This document shows positions 29,340 through 39,786 of a stretch of 64,000 bases of DNA, in pieces. The first letter of the stretch is position 1; each line of letters starts with the position of its first letter. Position numbers and translations under genes: made by a program. The notes below the pieces were generated by a model, which had not been told where the DNA came from, did not search any database, and saw nothing but the letters and a program-made list of their open reading frames with translations. Source of the stretch: a bacterium (GTDB lineage: Bacteria; UBA8248); contig OZ253442.1 in assembly GCA_965261085.1 (NCBI GenBank), positions 1,216,001 through 1,280,000 on the forward strand, given 5' to 3'.

Positions 29340-29924
29340 TTACTCTTTTCCGGCGCCCATCAGTTCCCCTATCAGCTCCTTGCGCTTCCAGAGCAGCATC
29401 GCGGCTATGACGACGGTGAGGCTTATCAGGGGGATGTCTCCTTTGCCTACGAAGACGGCGACGGCGGGCAGTAACAAAATGGCGATGAGTTCCGCGTGAT
29501 CGCGCCTGCCGGTCAAGGAGGCGACGAGCAGCGCGATGGTCGCGCAGATGGCCAGGGACAAGGGTGATACGCCGAGCAGCGCGCCCGCCGTGCTCGCCGT
29601 TCCGCGTCCGCCGCGAAACCCGTGAAACACCGGCAATATCTCGCCGAGCACCACGGTGACGCAGGCCAGAGCGACGATCCAGGGAGAGTCGCTCATGTAC
29701 CAGGCCAGGCCCAGCGCCAGTTGCGCCTTCAGGAAATCGGCGATGAAGACGAGCGCGCCCACGCGATCCCCCAGCACCATCCAGGCGTTTGCGAAATCGA
29801 GTGCGCCGCTTCCGTACGCGCGCAAATCGATTCCGCGCGCCTTTGCGGCGAACCAGGCGGGGGAGACCGAACCGATGTCGTAGGAGATGCACCCCACGAT
29901 GATGACGGGTACAAGAATTTCCAA
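29340..29924 (-). CDS. PlsY-like glycerol-3-phosphate acyltransferase paralog with degenerate motifs
   Basis: IGS...GIDLRAYGSG, DFLK and FRGGRG show the PlsY fold, but several conserved residues are replaced. Confidence 0.75.
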   Translation of the reverse strand: MEILVPVIIVGCISYDIGSVSPAWFAAKARGIDLRAYGSGALDFANAWMVLGDRVGALVFIADFLKAQLALGLAWYMSDSPWIVALACVTVVLGEILPVFHGFRGGRGTASTAGALLGVSPLSLAICATIALLVASLTGRRDHAELIAILLLPAVAVFVGKGDIPLISLTVVIAAMLLWKRKELIGELMGAGKE

Positions 29925-30065
29925 GAAAACCTCCGGGTGAATAAAAATCCCGGCCCATATTGCAGCATTCTCCCGCGCATGAAAAGCGATGCGCGCGCCG
30001 GTGGGGCGTGATACAAAGGGCGTTCATATTCCACGGTCATCATCAAGAATGGGAGGGAGCAGAGC

Positions 30066-30944
30066 ATGGGCGAGCGGATTGGTTATATCGGTTTGGGCAA
30101 GATGGGGCTGGCCTTGTCGAAGGTTCTGCTGGAAGACGGCCACGAGGTATGCGGCTACGACGTGGACGAGGAGCGCAAGAAGATGCTGGCGGACGCCGGC
30201 GGACGCCCGCTCGACTCAGGCAGAGAGGTGGCCGAGAACGCGGATATCGTCTGCTCGATTCTCTTGAAGCCCGAGCACATCGAGGAGAACGCTTTTGGGG
30301 AAAACGGGGTCGTCTCCGCCAATAAATCCGGGCTGGTCTATATCGAGATGAGCACCATGCCGCCGAGCTGGCAGGCGGATCTCGCGAAAAGGCTCGGTGA
30401 ACACGGGATAGAGATGCTCGATTGTCCCATCTCGGGTTCGCACCCCAATGTGATGGACAGAACCATCACGATGATGGTGGGCGGAAAAAAAGAGGTGTTC
30501 GAGCGCGTCCGGCCCATTTTCGAACCCCTCACGGCCGGCTTCGACTACACGGGCGAAAGCGGCTCGGGCGCCACGATGAAAATCGTGACCAATCTGTACG
30601 TGAACGCATCGGTGGCGCTTCTGGCCGAGGTGATCCTCACCGGCGAGCGGGCCGGACTTTCCCATGAGACGATGATGCGCTGTCTGGGGAAAGGCTCGGT
30701 TCGCGGAGCGATGCTCGAGCAGACGGCTCCGAGGATCTTCGAGAGGGATTTCGCGCCGAGGGGCGCGGTCGAAATTTTCGTGAAGGACATGGGCATGGCG
30801 ATAGACCTGGCGCGGGAAAACGGGGTTGACCTCCAGATCGTCAAGGCGGGCCGTGAGATGTTCCAGCGCGCCCTGGATGCGGGCTGGGGCAAGGACGACG
30901 CCGCCCGCGTCATCGAGGTCTATGAGGGGAAGGATAGGGGCTAG
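30066..30944 (+). CDS. NAD(P)-dependent beta-hydroxyacid dehydrogenase (3-hydroxyisobutyrate dehydrogenase family)
   Basis: IGYIGLGKMG, DCPISG, catalytic K (MKIVTN) and FVKDM motifs. Confidence 0.9.
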   Translation: MGERIGYIGLGKMGLALSKVLLEDGHEVCGYDVDEERKKMLADAGGRPLDSGREVAENADIVCSILLKPEHIEENAFGENGVVSANKSGLVYIEMSTMPPSWQADLAKRLGEHGIEMLDCPISGSHPNVMDRTITMMVGGKKEVFERVRPIFEPLTAGFDYTGESGSGATMKIVTNLYVNASVALLAEVILTGERAGLSHETMMRCLGKGSVRGAMLEQTAPRIFERDFAPRGAVEIFVKDMGMAIDLARENGVDLQIVKAGREMFQRALDAGWGKDDAARVIEVYEGKDRG

Positions 30945-31011
30945 GTGAATTCCGGCTTCCCGTCCAATCCACGCATGACCGGGGAGATGGCGGCGCGGCT
31001 GGCGGATTCTA

Positions 31012-31812
31012 TTATTTGTTCAGAATCTCGTGCTTGCGGCGCTGGAGGAAGATGCTGCGAATGAGGCTGTAGTAGTCCAGGTTCAGGGGGTCTTTCTTGA
31101 GGAGTTCCAGGGGTTCGATGAGGCGTTCGCGGGCGTCGACGCCTTCTAGGAGTCTTACTCCGAAAAGAAAATCCGCCAGATCGACCCTGTGCCCGAAGAG
31201 GATTTTTTCCTGATCGTCACCGGCGGCGCCCAGGTAATTGAGCGGGTTGATGAAGGCGTCCCCCACTTTGCCCAGGCCGTCTCGAACCGTCGATGGCCCC
31301 AGAATCGGGAGTACGAGGTATACCCCTTCTCCTACGCCCCAAACACCCAGGGTCTGGCCGAAATCCTCATCGTGATGCGGAATTCCTAAACCTGTCGCCA
31401 CGTCGAACAATCCCCCCACTCCCAGGGTGGTGTTGACCAAAAACCGGCTCAGGGTCATCCCGGCGCGCTCTCCCTCCCCCTGGAGGACGTCGTTCGTCAA
31501 CACGAAGGGGGCGTTCAAGTTGCGCATGAAATTGCGGAACGTATCGCGGATGGGTTTTGGGAATATGAACCGGTATATCTTCGCGAGCGGCAGGAAGATG
31601 ACGGTGTCGAGCGCCTCGTTGAAACCGAAGACTGCGCGGTTGAATTCCTCGAACGGGTCGATGGATTCAACCGTTTGTTCTTCTTTGTCGAGATCGTGGT
31701 CCGACGCCCAGGCGACAGAAGCCGGCGCACTCAGGAGCGTGAGGCTCAGGACGAGGACGAGCAACCCACGCAGCCATGAATATCGTTGTCTGGTTCCTCT
31801 TGGGCGAGGCAA
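31012..31812 (-). CDS. mlaA: VacJ/MlaA family lipid asymmetry protein
   Basis: DPFEEFNR, RFLVNTTLGVGGLFDVA, EDFGQTLG and LPILGPSTVRD motifs. Confidence 0.92.
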   Translation of the reverse strand: MPRPRGTRQRYSWLRGLLVLVLSLTLLSAPASVAWASDHDLDKEEQTVESIDPFEEFNRAVFGFNEALDTVIFLPLAKIYRFIFPKPIRDTFRNFMRNLNAPFVLTNDVLQGEGERAGMTLSRFLVNTTLGVGGLFDVATGLGIPHHDEDFGQTLGVWGVGEGVYLVLPILGPSTVRDGLGKVGDAFINPLNYLGAAGDDQEKILFGHRVDLADFLFGVRLLEGVDARERLIEPLELLKKDPLNLDYYSLIRSIFLQRRKHEILNK

Positions 31813-31949
31813 TGGAATTCACTCCGTTTTCGCGTCGTGCAGCAGCCCCGAAACATAGCGTATGCCAGATTTTCGAAGCAACCGCGTGGATGACATCATA
31901 GCTTGACGGCTGGAGGGAGGCCAGAAAATTTTTTCGGCGATTCCGCTCT

Positions 31950-32939
31950 CTACGCCAGAGAGCCCCCGCAGGAGGAGCCGGCCCCCGCCGTGCAGCCGAA
32001 GCAATGATCGCCCAGCAGAATTTCCCGGCCCAGCAGATCGGCGGGCGCTACGTCCCAAAGCTTCAGGGGCGTCCCGTTGCCCAGGGACATGTTGAGCATC
32101 TGGTTGAAGTCGCAGTCATACAGCACGCCGTCCCACCCCACGCTGATGAGGTTTCGGCACATCAGTTCGGGCAGCGTCCCGGGGTTGTAGGCTTCGCGCA
32201 GCGTTGTCATGTAGGAATCCAGTTTGCCGTTCACCTTCAGATAACTGGCGAAACGGGTGATGGGCATGTTGGTGATGGTGTAGAGACGATGAAAGCGAAT
32301 GCCGTAGCGCTTGAGGAGTTCGCGTTTGTAGTCCGCCTCGAGCGCCTCCTGGGGTGGCGGGAGATTATCATCCACGGGGTTATAGACGAGGTTTAAGGCC
32401 AGGTCTCCCAGCGGGCCGAACCCCGCCTCGTTCAGGTCCCGGAGCGCGCGGATGGATTTTTCAAAAACGCCGTCTCCGCGCTGGGCATTCACGTTTTCCT
32501 CGAGATAACAGGGCAGTGAGCAGATGAGCTCCACCCGGTTCTCGCGGTAGAAGTCGATCAAATCCTCCTGGCCCGGCTCGTAGACGACCGTGAGGTTGCA
32601 ACGAACCATCACGTGGCGGCCCTTGCGGCGGGCAGAGGCGACGATGCGCCTGAAGTGAGGGTTGAGTTCGGGAGCTCCTCCCGTGACGTCGACGTTGGGT
32701 ATCTGCGTATCCTCGAGCCATTCGATGATGCGGCTCGCCGTCTCCTCGGTCATGATCTCCTTTCGGTGCGGACCCGCGCCCACATGACAGTGCGCGCACT
32801 TCTGGTTGCAGTACTTGCCCACGTTGATCTGCAGCGTGGAGAGTTCGGTGCGCTCCAGGCGGGGAACGTTCTCCTGAATGCGGTCTGCGAACTTTAGTGC
32901 CCCGTTCGAGGACAGGGGCAAGGAAATGGATGCGGGCAT
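31950..32939 (-). CDS. arsS: Radical SAM protein, ArsS (arsenosugar biosynthesis, DUF3641) family
   Basis: LQINVGKYCNQKCAHCHV, DCDFNQM and C-terminal HCFGCTAGAGSSCGG. Confidence 0.88.
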   Translation of the reverse strand: MPASISLPLSSNGALKFADRIQENVPRLERTELSTLQINVGKYCNQKCAHCHVGAGPHRKEIMTEETASRIIEWLEDTQIPNVDVTGGAPELNPHFRRIVASARRKGRHVMVRCNLTVVYEPGQEDLIDFYRENRVELICSLPCYLEENVNAQRGDGVFEKSIRALRDLNEAGFGPLGDLALNLVYNPVDDNLPPPQEALEADYKRELLKRYGIRFHRLYTITNMPITRFASYLKVNGKLDSYMTTLREAYNPGTLPELMCRNLISVGWDGVLYDCDFNQMLNMSLGNGTPLKLWDVAPADLLGREILLGDHCFGCTAGAGSSCGGSLA

Positions 32940-32982
32940 TTTTTCTCCCGAAGCGGTGGCGTTGTTGGTCGTCTCTTTCAGT

Positions 32983-33390
32983 CTAGGCGGTTCTCACGAG
33001 TTTTCTGCGGAGTGATTTGATGCGCCTTCTCACGCGCTTGAGCTGAACGCCGTCTTTCGTCTCGATATGCTGATCCCGCGTGTTCTTGAGAGCTTTAATC
33101 TGTTGTTTGACGGCGCTTCTGTCGATTTTGGAGGTGCGCTTCGCCTCGATCAACGGAATGTCGTTTATCTCCTTGAGGGCCCGGATCAGCTGGGTTTTGT
33201 CCATGCCGTGGACGCCCGAAATCTTTCCGCCGTACGACAGAGCGGCTTCCTTGAGCTTGGGCACGTTCATCTTGTTGATCTCTTTCGCCGTCAAGACGGG
33301 ACCCTCGGGTTCGGGGGCCGCCGCTTCCTCTTGGGGAGCTTCCGCTTCCTGTTCGGTGGCTTCCGCTTCGTTTTTTTCTTCTTCCGCCAT
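32983..33390 (-). CDS. Small basic protein with a Rho N-terminal-like domain
   Basis: KMNVPKLKEAA...GVHGMDKTQLI followed by a basic coiled-coil C-terminus. Confidence 0.6.
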   Translation of the reverse strand: MAEEEKNEAEATEQEAEAPQEEAAAPEPEGPVLTAKEINKMNVPKLKEAALSYGGKISGVHGMDKTQLIRALKEINDIPLIEAKRTSKIDRSAVKQQIKALKNTRDQHIETKDGVQLKRVRRRIKSLRRKLVRTA

Positions 33391-33739
33391 TTTCATCTCC
33401 AGTGAAAAACGATTTCGCCCCGATGCGTATCCAGTCGCATTCATGGGGGATGTCCGGCTGAATAGTTCCCGCTGATGCGGGCTGACCGCCAAACCTAGCA
33501 AAACGGGGTTTCTTGATCAATGGCGTCGGGGGAATGAGGCGCGCCGGGAGCAAAAAGGATTTTGAGAAAGGGCCGAATCGCACCGTGTCCGGGCGAGGCG
33601 GAATCGTTTCCCGGGGGGATTTATTCTCCAAATGCGTCGATAGACTCCTTGAGACTTGCCCGCTGGTGGCCGCAATGTTAGAAATTGGACATACATTATT
33701 TTGCAGCGCGAATTTTCACTGAACAAGAGAGGCGTGGCC

Positions 33740-34753
33740 GTGGCCGAGAAACTACTGGAAGTAAAAGATTTGGTGAAGTACTTCCCCGTTCGGGGGGGCG
33801 TATTCTCCCGGGTTCGCAACTATGTGCGCGCCGTGGACGGGGTGAGCTTCGATCTGGAGCCGGGCGAGACGCTCGGGCTGGTCGGGGAGAGCGGGTGCGG
33901 GAAATCGACCACCGGCCGGGCCATCCTGCGCCTCATCGAGCCGACGTCGGGCGAGGTGAACTTCGAGGGCACCGACGTCTGCTCCCTGAACAGGGAGTCG
34001 ATGCGCAAGCTGAGGCGGGAGATGCAAATCATCTTCCAGGACCCGTATGCGTCCCTGAACCCGCGCATGACGGTGGGCAGCATCGTCGGCGAGCCGTTGA
34101 CCATCCACGGCATCGCCAAGGGAAATGAAAAAAAAGAGCAAGTCGCCGCGCTCCTCCACCGGGTGGGCTTGAGGCCGGAGCATATACGGCGCTATCCGCA
34201 TGAGTTCTCGGGCGGACAGCGCCAGCGCATCGGCATCGCCCGCGCTCTGGCGCTCAACCCGAAGCTCATCATCGCGGACGAGCCCGTCAGCGCGCTTGAC
34301 GTGTCGATTCAGGCGCAGGTGATCAACCTGCTCGAAGACCTGCAAAAAGAGTTCGGAATCGCGTTTGTGCTCATCGCGCACGATCTGGCCGTCGTCCAGC
34401 ACGTGAGCGACCGCATCGCCGTCATGTATCTGGGCAAGATCGTGGAGATGGCCACGGCCGACAAGGTGGTGATGGAACCGAAGCATCCCTATACCGAGGC
34501 TCTGCTCTCCGCCGTGCCGATTCCCGACCCGACGCTCAAGAAAAAGCGCATGATCCTGACCGGCGACGTGCCCAGTCCCGTGAACCCTCCCTCGGGGTGC
34601 CGATTCCATACGAGATGCCCCTACAAGGAAGACAGGTGCGTCGCCGAGGAGCCGCCGATGCGGGAGATCGCGACGGGTCATTTCGCCGCGTGTCACTTCT
34701 CGGAAAAACTCTATGGCGGGGCGCCGATAACGAACGGGGCGCCCGCGGGCTAG
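33740..34753 (+). CDS. Oligo/dipeptide ABC ATP-binding protein (OppF/DppF-like)
   Basis: [21 protein letters not shown] and [10 protein letters not shown] motifs. Confidence 0.92.
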   Translation: MAEKLLEVKDLVKYFPVRGGVFSRVRNYVRAVDGVSFDLEPGETLGLVGESGCGKSTTGRAILRLIEPTSGEVNFEGTDVCSLNRESMRKLRREMQIIFQDPYASLNPRMTVGSIVGEPLTIHGIAKGNEKKEQVAALLHRVGLRPEHIRRYPHEFSGGQRQRIGIARALALNPKLIIADEPVSALDVSIQAQVINLLEDLQKEFGIAFVLIAHDLAVVQHVSDRIAVMYLGKIVEMATADKVVMEPKHPYTEALLSAVPIPDPTLKKKRMILTGDVPSPVNPPSGCRFHTRCPYKEDRCVAEEPPMREIATGHFAACHFSEKLYGGAPITNGAPAG

Positions 34754-34840
34754 ACGGTTCTACCCGTCGCCCGACGATGCGCGGGCGCATCGCTTTTCCT
34801 CAGGCGGGGCGCATCGCCCGGCGAGGGCATCGGTCGACGT

Positions 34841-36412
34841 GTGATGGATGAGAATTCCAAAAAATCAATTTCCCCTCTCCTGCTTTTTGCGCTCATCACG
34901 GCCCTCTTTGCGGCGGGTGCGACCTATTTCGCCCATCGAGCCGTTCAGGGTGTGCTTCTGAGCCGACACGCCGAACGCGACGCAAGGCGCCTGCAGGACC
35001 TCAAAACCAGGATGCGTGGCCGCGTCGATTCGTTGGTCGGGAAGATTCAAGGGGCCGAGCTTCTGATGGCGGCGGTTTCGGGTGTCTCGAACAGGGAGGG
35101 GAAAGCGCTTTCTTTTCTCCTGGGCGGGGAATCCAGGGAATCCTTCGCCGCCTCGGCGCTGCTCGATGAGCGGGGAGGGATTGTGGACTCGCGCAGGGTG
35201 GGGAGGATGCCGCCCCCGGGAGCCGAGGAGAAGGGTCTCTGGTCGGGGGCGAGGCGTTCGCTCCTCTCCTTGATGAGGCGAGAAGGGGAGGCGGGACCGC
35301 CGAGGAGGAAATTCGACGTTCAATCGAGCACACTGAACGGCGCGCCGGTGGTGCTGGTGTTGGCCCCCTCGGCGTCGACCAAGGGTTTTTGGGGCGTCGT
35401 CACTTCCGCGGAATCCTTATTGCCCTTGCGAAAGAGCGAACTGGCTCCCGGTGAGAGCGTTTTTCTTTTGGCGGAACCCGAGCAGAAGGTGCTCTTCGCC
35501 AGGCGGGGGGAAAAGTTCTTCTCTGAGAGCATCGCAGGGGCCTTCAAGAAAGAACTCGCCTCTGCCCTCGGCATTGCGGTTTGCTGCGATTCCGCCGCGT
35601 TTAACGCCGCGAACGAGAACAAACGCTCGATGGCGCAGTCCATATTCTACCTCGGGGTGAGACGAATGCGCCTCGTCCACCTAGCGGAACGCTCGGGAAC
35701 GGGCGCCGGATTGACAATAATGGCTGGTGTGATGATGGCGGGCTGGCTCGCATCGCTCGCCTTGTTTTATTTCCTGAAACCCGGGGAGGAACACAAAACC
35801 GGAGTTCGCCAGACGAGTGAAGTCGGGGGGGACGAGGAGGCATCCGGGCGGCGGCTCGATTCGAATCAGCTCGCGCTCATTTGCAGGGTGAGCGAATCAG
35901 TCGCGGCAGGCGCGCACTTTAGCGACGTTATTCTCACCGTCGCGCGGGAGGGTTCCCGCTTTGTCTCGACCGACAGGTATTACGCCGCGTTGTACGACGA
36001 AGCGACGGAGCGGTTTCAGGAGGTTTGTTCCTCGCGCCTGGGCCAGGCCTACCGGCGCGCCATCACCTCCCCCGACTCCGGCCTGCCGGAGAGGATTGCC
36101 CTCAGGGAAAAAGAGATCGTCGAGGTGCCATGCACCGATGAATGGTACGGTGCGCCCGAAGTGCTGAAGGCTGAAAAAGTGGGTGGCGCCGTGGTCTTTC
36201 CGCTGGTCGCGCTGGGAAAAGTGGTGGGGCTGGCCTCCTTTTATTTCGATGCCCCCCGGGAGATGACCGATGAGGAGGTCGACTATTGCGCCGTCCTCCT
36301 TCAGCAGGCCGCCGTGGCCATATCGCGGGCCCTGGCCGCCTCCCCGCAGGCCGCCGCTCGCAGGATCCCCCCGGCGGATTCGCCCAAAGACGCAAGCGAA
36401 GATGAGGCGTAG
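34841..36412 (+). CDS. Membrane-anchored protein with a C-terminal GAF domain
   Basis: Two hydrophobic segments flank an extracytoplasmic region; GAF-like VFPLVALGKVVG...QAAVAI. Confidence 0.65.
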   Translation: MMDENSKKSISPLLLFALITALFAAGATYFAHRAVQGVLLSRHAERDARRLQDLKTRMRGRVDSLVGKIQGAELLMAAVSGVSNREGKALSFLLGGESRESFAASALLDERGGIVDSRRVGRMPPPGAEEKGLWSGARRSLLSLMRREGEAGPPRRKFDVQSSTLNGAPVVLVLAPSASTKGFWGVVTSAESLLPLRKSELAPGESVFLLAEPEQKVLFARRGEKFFSESIAGAFKKELASALGIAVCCDSAAFNAANENKRSMAQSIFYLGVRRMRLVHLAERSGTGAGLTIMAGVMMAGWLASLALFYFLKPGEEHKTGVRQTSEVGGDEEASGRRLDSNQLALICRVSESVAAGAHFSDVILTVAREGSRFVSTDRYYAALYDEATERFQEVCSSRLGQAYRRAITSPDSGLPERIALREKEIVEVPCTDEWYGAPEVLKAEKVGGAVVFPLVALGKVVGLASFYFDAPREMTDEEVDYCAVLLQQAAVAISRALAASPQAAARRIPPADSPKDASEDEA

Positions 36413-36421
36413 CGAGAAAAG

Positions 36422-37099
36422 ATGAACGAGGCGAGGCTGCGGCCGAAGGATTTTGAGGCTCTCTACGCGGATTTAGCGAGTCCGCCCGCGCGGTTCGACT
36501 GCGGAAAAAAATGCGCGCCCTTTAATGAGGGCGTCCCTTTTTGCTGCGATTCGGGCTGGGTGGTTCCCGTCGCCTACCGCAAGGAATGGAGATTTCTTGA
36601 ACCGCGCACGCGGCTCTGGCACGAGTTCAGGCCGCGCTCGGCGTCTGAACTCGCGATGGTCGAAGAAGTCGACGAGGAACAGAGCGTGTTCATCGAGTGC
36701 CGGGGCGTCGCGCATTGCGAACGGGAAAACCGCTCCGTCTCGTGCCGCACGTTTCCCTATGAACCCTATTTTGATGGCGAGGAGAATTTTCTGGGCCTGG
36801 TCTACAACCGGGTGCTGGAGGGAAAATGCTACCTTGTGGATCGCCACCGCGTGGCGACGAAAAAGTTCGTCGGTGAGTTTATCCGCTTCTTCAACCGGCT
36901 TTTCGAATTGCTGCCCGTCGAACGCGAACTTTATATCGGACAAAGCAGGCGCTATCGCCAAAAGATGAGCAGGCAGAAAAAGCCCCTCGTGGTCTTGACG
37001 TCCGAGGGTCCATACGAGGCGGCCTACCGGGGCGGAAAGCTCATCGGGCCCTGGCGGGAGCCCGACCCTCCCGAGAGCGCGTATCGGCCCGGGGGCTGA
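36422..37099 (+). CDS. Cys-cluster hypothetical protein (YkgJ-like)
   Basis: FDCGKKC...FCC and EC...HC...RSVSCRTFP motifs. Confidence 0.65.
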   Translation: MNEARLRPKDFEALYADLASPPARFDCGKKCAPFNEGVPFCCDSGWVVPVAYRKEWRFLEPRTRLWHEFRPRSASELAMVEEVDEEQSVFIECRGVAHCERENRSVSCRTFPYEPYFDGEENFLGLVYNRVLEGKCYLVDRHRVATKKFVGEFIRFFNRLFELLPVERELYIGQSRRYRQKMSRQKKPLVVLTSEGPYEAAYRGGKLIGPWREPDPPESAYRPGG

Positions 37100-37127
37100 T
37101 GGGGCTTTACCGTTGGAATATATGTGT

Positions 37128-37157
37128 AATCACTCCCCCCTTGAAGGGGGAGTGATT
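37128..37157. repeat. Single REP-like palindrome
   Basis: AATCACTCCCCC-CTTGAA-GGGGGAGTGATT; same core as 51440..51597. Confidence 0.75.
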
Positions 37158-37207
37158 TTCGTTATAGTCGTCATCCCCGAATTAACGCCCACGCCCCGCG
37201 GCTGCGC

Positions 37208-38416
37208 TCAATCACCCATCTCCTCGGCCATGTCGGCGATGGCCTTTCCGATCATCAGAGACGCCGTCGCACCCGGCGAGGGGGCGTTGCACACGTGGAC
37301 CGCGCCCTCCGTCCGGATGATGGAGAAATCATCGAGCAGGCCGCCGGCCCGGTCCACCGCCTGCGCGCGAACGCCCGCTCCTGCGGGAACGAGGTCTGAT
37401 TCGCGAATCTCGGGCATGAGCTTTTGCAGCGCGCGCGTGAAGGCGGACTTGCTGATGGAGCGGACCATCTCGCCCAGCCCCGTCTTCCAGTATTTAAGAG
37501 CCAGCTTCAAGAAGCCGGGGTAGGTGAGGGTTTCGAAGAGATCGTAGGGGTCGATGCGCGTTTTCGTATAACCCTCTCGCATGTAGGCCAAAACGGCGTT
37601 CGGCCCCGCTTCGACGCTCCCGTCCACGCGGCGGGTGAAGTGCACTCCCAGAAAGGGAAACGCGGGGTCCGGCACCGGGTAGATCAGGCTCTTGACGAGC
37701 GAGCGGCGCTCGGGCGTGAGTTCGTAATACTCACCCCGAAAGGGCACGATCTTCATCGGCGGCGCACCGCCCGCGAGCTTCGCTATCCTATCGGCGTAAA
37801 GTCCCGCGCAGTTCACGATGAGTTTTCCCGCGAAATCCCCCGCCGTCGTCTCGACGAGTTTTTCTCTTCCCGCGACGGCGATGCCGGTGACTTGCGTGGA
37901 GGTCTCGATTCTCTGCCCCGCTTCGGTGACGATGCGCGCATAGGCGCGCACGACGGCGCCATAGTCGATGATGCCGGTGGAGGGCACCCGAAGGGCCTTG
38001 ACGCCACGGGTATGGGGCTCGATTTCCCGGAGTTCTTCGGGTCCCAGAACAGCGATGTTCTCGATGCCGTTCGCTACGCCCCGGCGGCGTAGTTCCTCGA
38101 GCCGGGAGATTTCCGCCTCGGTGGTGGCGACGACCACCTTCCCGCAAATCTCATGGTCGATGCCGTGCTCTTGCGCAAAACGCACCATGGCCGCCGCGCC
38201 CTCCACACAGGTCTTCGCCTTGAGCGAGCCGGGGCGGTAGTAGAGTCCGGCATGAATTACGCCGCTGTTGTGGAGCGACTGGTGGCGGCCGACGCCGGCC
38301 TCTTTCTCCAGGACGAGGACGCGCTTGCGGGAATGGCGGCGGGTGATCTCCATGGCGGTGGAAAGACCGAGTATGCCGCCCCCGATGACGATGACGTCCC
38401 ACGCTGTCCGGTTCAT
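37208..38416 (-). CDS. lhgO: L-2-hydroxyglutarate oxidase
   Basis: GGGILG, HQSLHNSGVIHAGLYY, YPVPDPAFPFLGVHFT and NAPSPGAT motifs. Confidence 0.92.
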   Translation of the reverse strand: MNRTAWDVIVIGGGILGLSTAMEITRRHSRKRVLVLEKEAGVGRHQSLHNSGVIHAGLYYRPGSLKAKTCVEGAAAMVRFAQEHGIDHEICGKVVVATTEAEISRLEELRRRGVANGIENIAVLGPEELREIEPHTRGVKALRVPSTGIIDYGAVVRAYARIVTEAGQRIETSTQVTGIAVAGREKLVETTAGDFAGKLIVNCAGLYADRIAKLAGGAPPMKIVPFRGEYYELTPERRSLVKSLIYPVPDPAFPFLGVHFTRRVDGSVEAGPNAVLAYMREGYTKTRIDPYDLFETLTYPGFLKLALKYWKTGLGEMVRSISKSAFTRALQKLMPEIRESDLVPAGAGVRAQAVDRAGGLLDDFSIIRTEGAVHVCNAPSPGATASLMIGKAIADMAEEMGD

Positions 38417-38702
38417 TGTCCGACCTCGAAGCCAGAATAAGATAAAGACGAGAAATTTTCAGGCGAAAAGGATACCCCAACGAGGCGCAAATGGCTTGTT
38501 GACAACAGGTTTTTCGCTCTTTATCCTTCAAATAGGCAATCATCCATAGAAAAAGAATTTGCAAAGACATAACTCAGAGGTTTTCCGAAGAATTCGCCAT
38601 CCACAAGGAGCACCTGTGGATGCCGTTTACACATTGGAAACGCTCATCAGCAATACTTGGTAAGTCTATTATCTACTTCACCTCACTCAAGGAGAATATC
38701 CG

Positions 38703-39671
38703 ATGAAAAAAGCAATGAAGTTTCTGCTCGCTTCGGTAGTGGCGGTTTCGATCGCGGGCGTGGCGGTTCCGGCGAGCGCCGCGAAGTTCCTGGTGGTCGG
38801 CGGCGGCTCCACCACGGGCGTGTACTACCAGGTGGCTCTCAACGTCTGCAAGCTGGTGAACAAGGGCTTGAAGAGCAAGGGCTATAACTGCATCGGCCGT
38901 CCCGCGCTGGGTTCGGTGTTCAACATCAACGCCATCAAGCGCGGCCTGCTGAACTTCGGCGTCGCCCAGTCCGACAGGAACTTTCAGGCGTATAACGGCA
39001 CGGCCGACTGGAAGGGCAAAGCCTACAAGGGTCTCAGGAGCGTCTTCAGCGTTCACCCGGAAACCATCATGCTTGTCGCGCGCGCGGATTCGGGCATCAT
39101 GAAGGTATCGGACATCAAGGGACGCCGCATCAACATCGGCAACCCCGGCTCCGGCCAGCGCGGAAACGCGACGGACATTCTGCGCATCTACGGCATCAAT
39201 AAAGACAAGGACATCAAAGCCGAGGGCTTGCAGCAGGGCGGGGCGAACCGCGCGCTGGTGGACAAGAAGATCGACGCGTTCTTCTACACCGTCGGCAACC
39301 CCTGGGGCGGCGGTCTCGAGATCTCCAACAGCACGGCTATTCGCATGATTCCCGTTAACTCCATGGGCATCCAGAAGCTCGTGGCCGGCAAGCCCTACTA
39401 CGTGATGACGAACATCCCGGGCGGCATTTACAAGGGCGTCGACAAGGACGTGCCCACCTACGCGGTGAAGGCCACCTTCGTGACCGGCGCCAAGCAGCCC
39501 AACGACGTGGTCTACAACGTCGTGAAGACCATCTTCGATAATCTCGACCAGCTCCGCGCCACACACGCGGCGTTCAAGTACCTGACGAAGAAAGACATGC
39601 TCGGGGGCCTCTCGGCTCCCTTCCATCCGGGCGCAACGCGGTATTACAAGGAAAAAGGCCTGATGAAGTAG
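38703..39671 (+). CDS. TAXI-family TRAP solute-binding protein
   Basis: Signal peptide, GGSTTGVYY, GSVFN, AQSD and PFHPGA motifs. Confidence 0.92.
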   Translation: MKKAMKFLLASVVAVSIAGVAVPASAAKFLVVGGGSTTGVYYQVALNVCKLVNKGLKSKGYNCIGRPALGSVFNINAIKRGLLNFGVAQSDRNFQAYNGTADWKGKAYKGLRSVFSVHPETIMLVARADSGIMKVSDIKGRRINIGNPGSGQRGNATDILRIYGINKDKDIKAEGLQQGGANRALVDKKIDAFFYTVGNPWGGGLEISNSTAIRMIPVNSMGIQKLVAGKPYYVMTNIPGGIYKGVDKDVPTYAVKATFVTGAKQPNDVVYNVVKTIFDNLDQLRATHAAFKYLTKKDMLGGLSAPFHPGATRYYKEKGLMK

Positions 39672-39786
39672 TAGTTTGCAAGAATATCCACCGCATGGGC
39701 CGGGGGGCGCTTCGCCTCCCGGTCTCGTGTGGTGATTCGAGTTTCATTCTTTCATGAAGTGAGGAAATTGTTTGAGGGGCGGATGA

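Noticed and set aside
32983-33390. Transcription termination factor Rho
   Set aside because: Too short; it lacks the RNA-binding and ATPase domains.
38597-38625. CATCCACA...TGTGGATG inverted repeat as DnaA boxes or a riboswitch
   Set aside because: Only two imperfect boxes and no recognisable aptamer. It may be an operator, but I cannot support a call.
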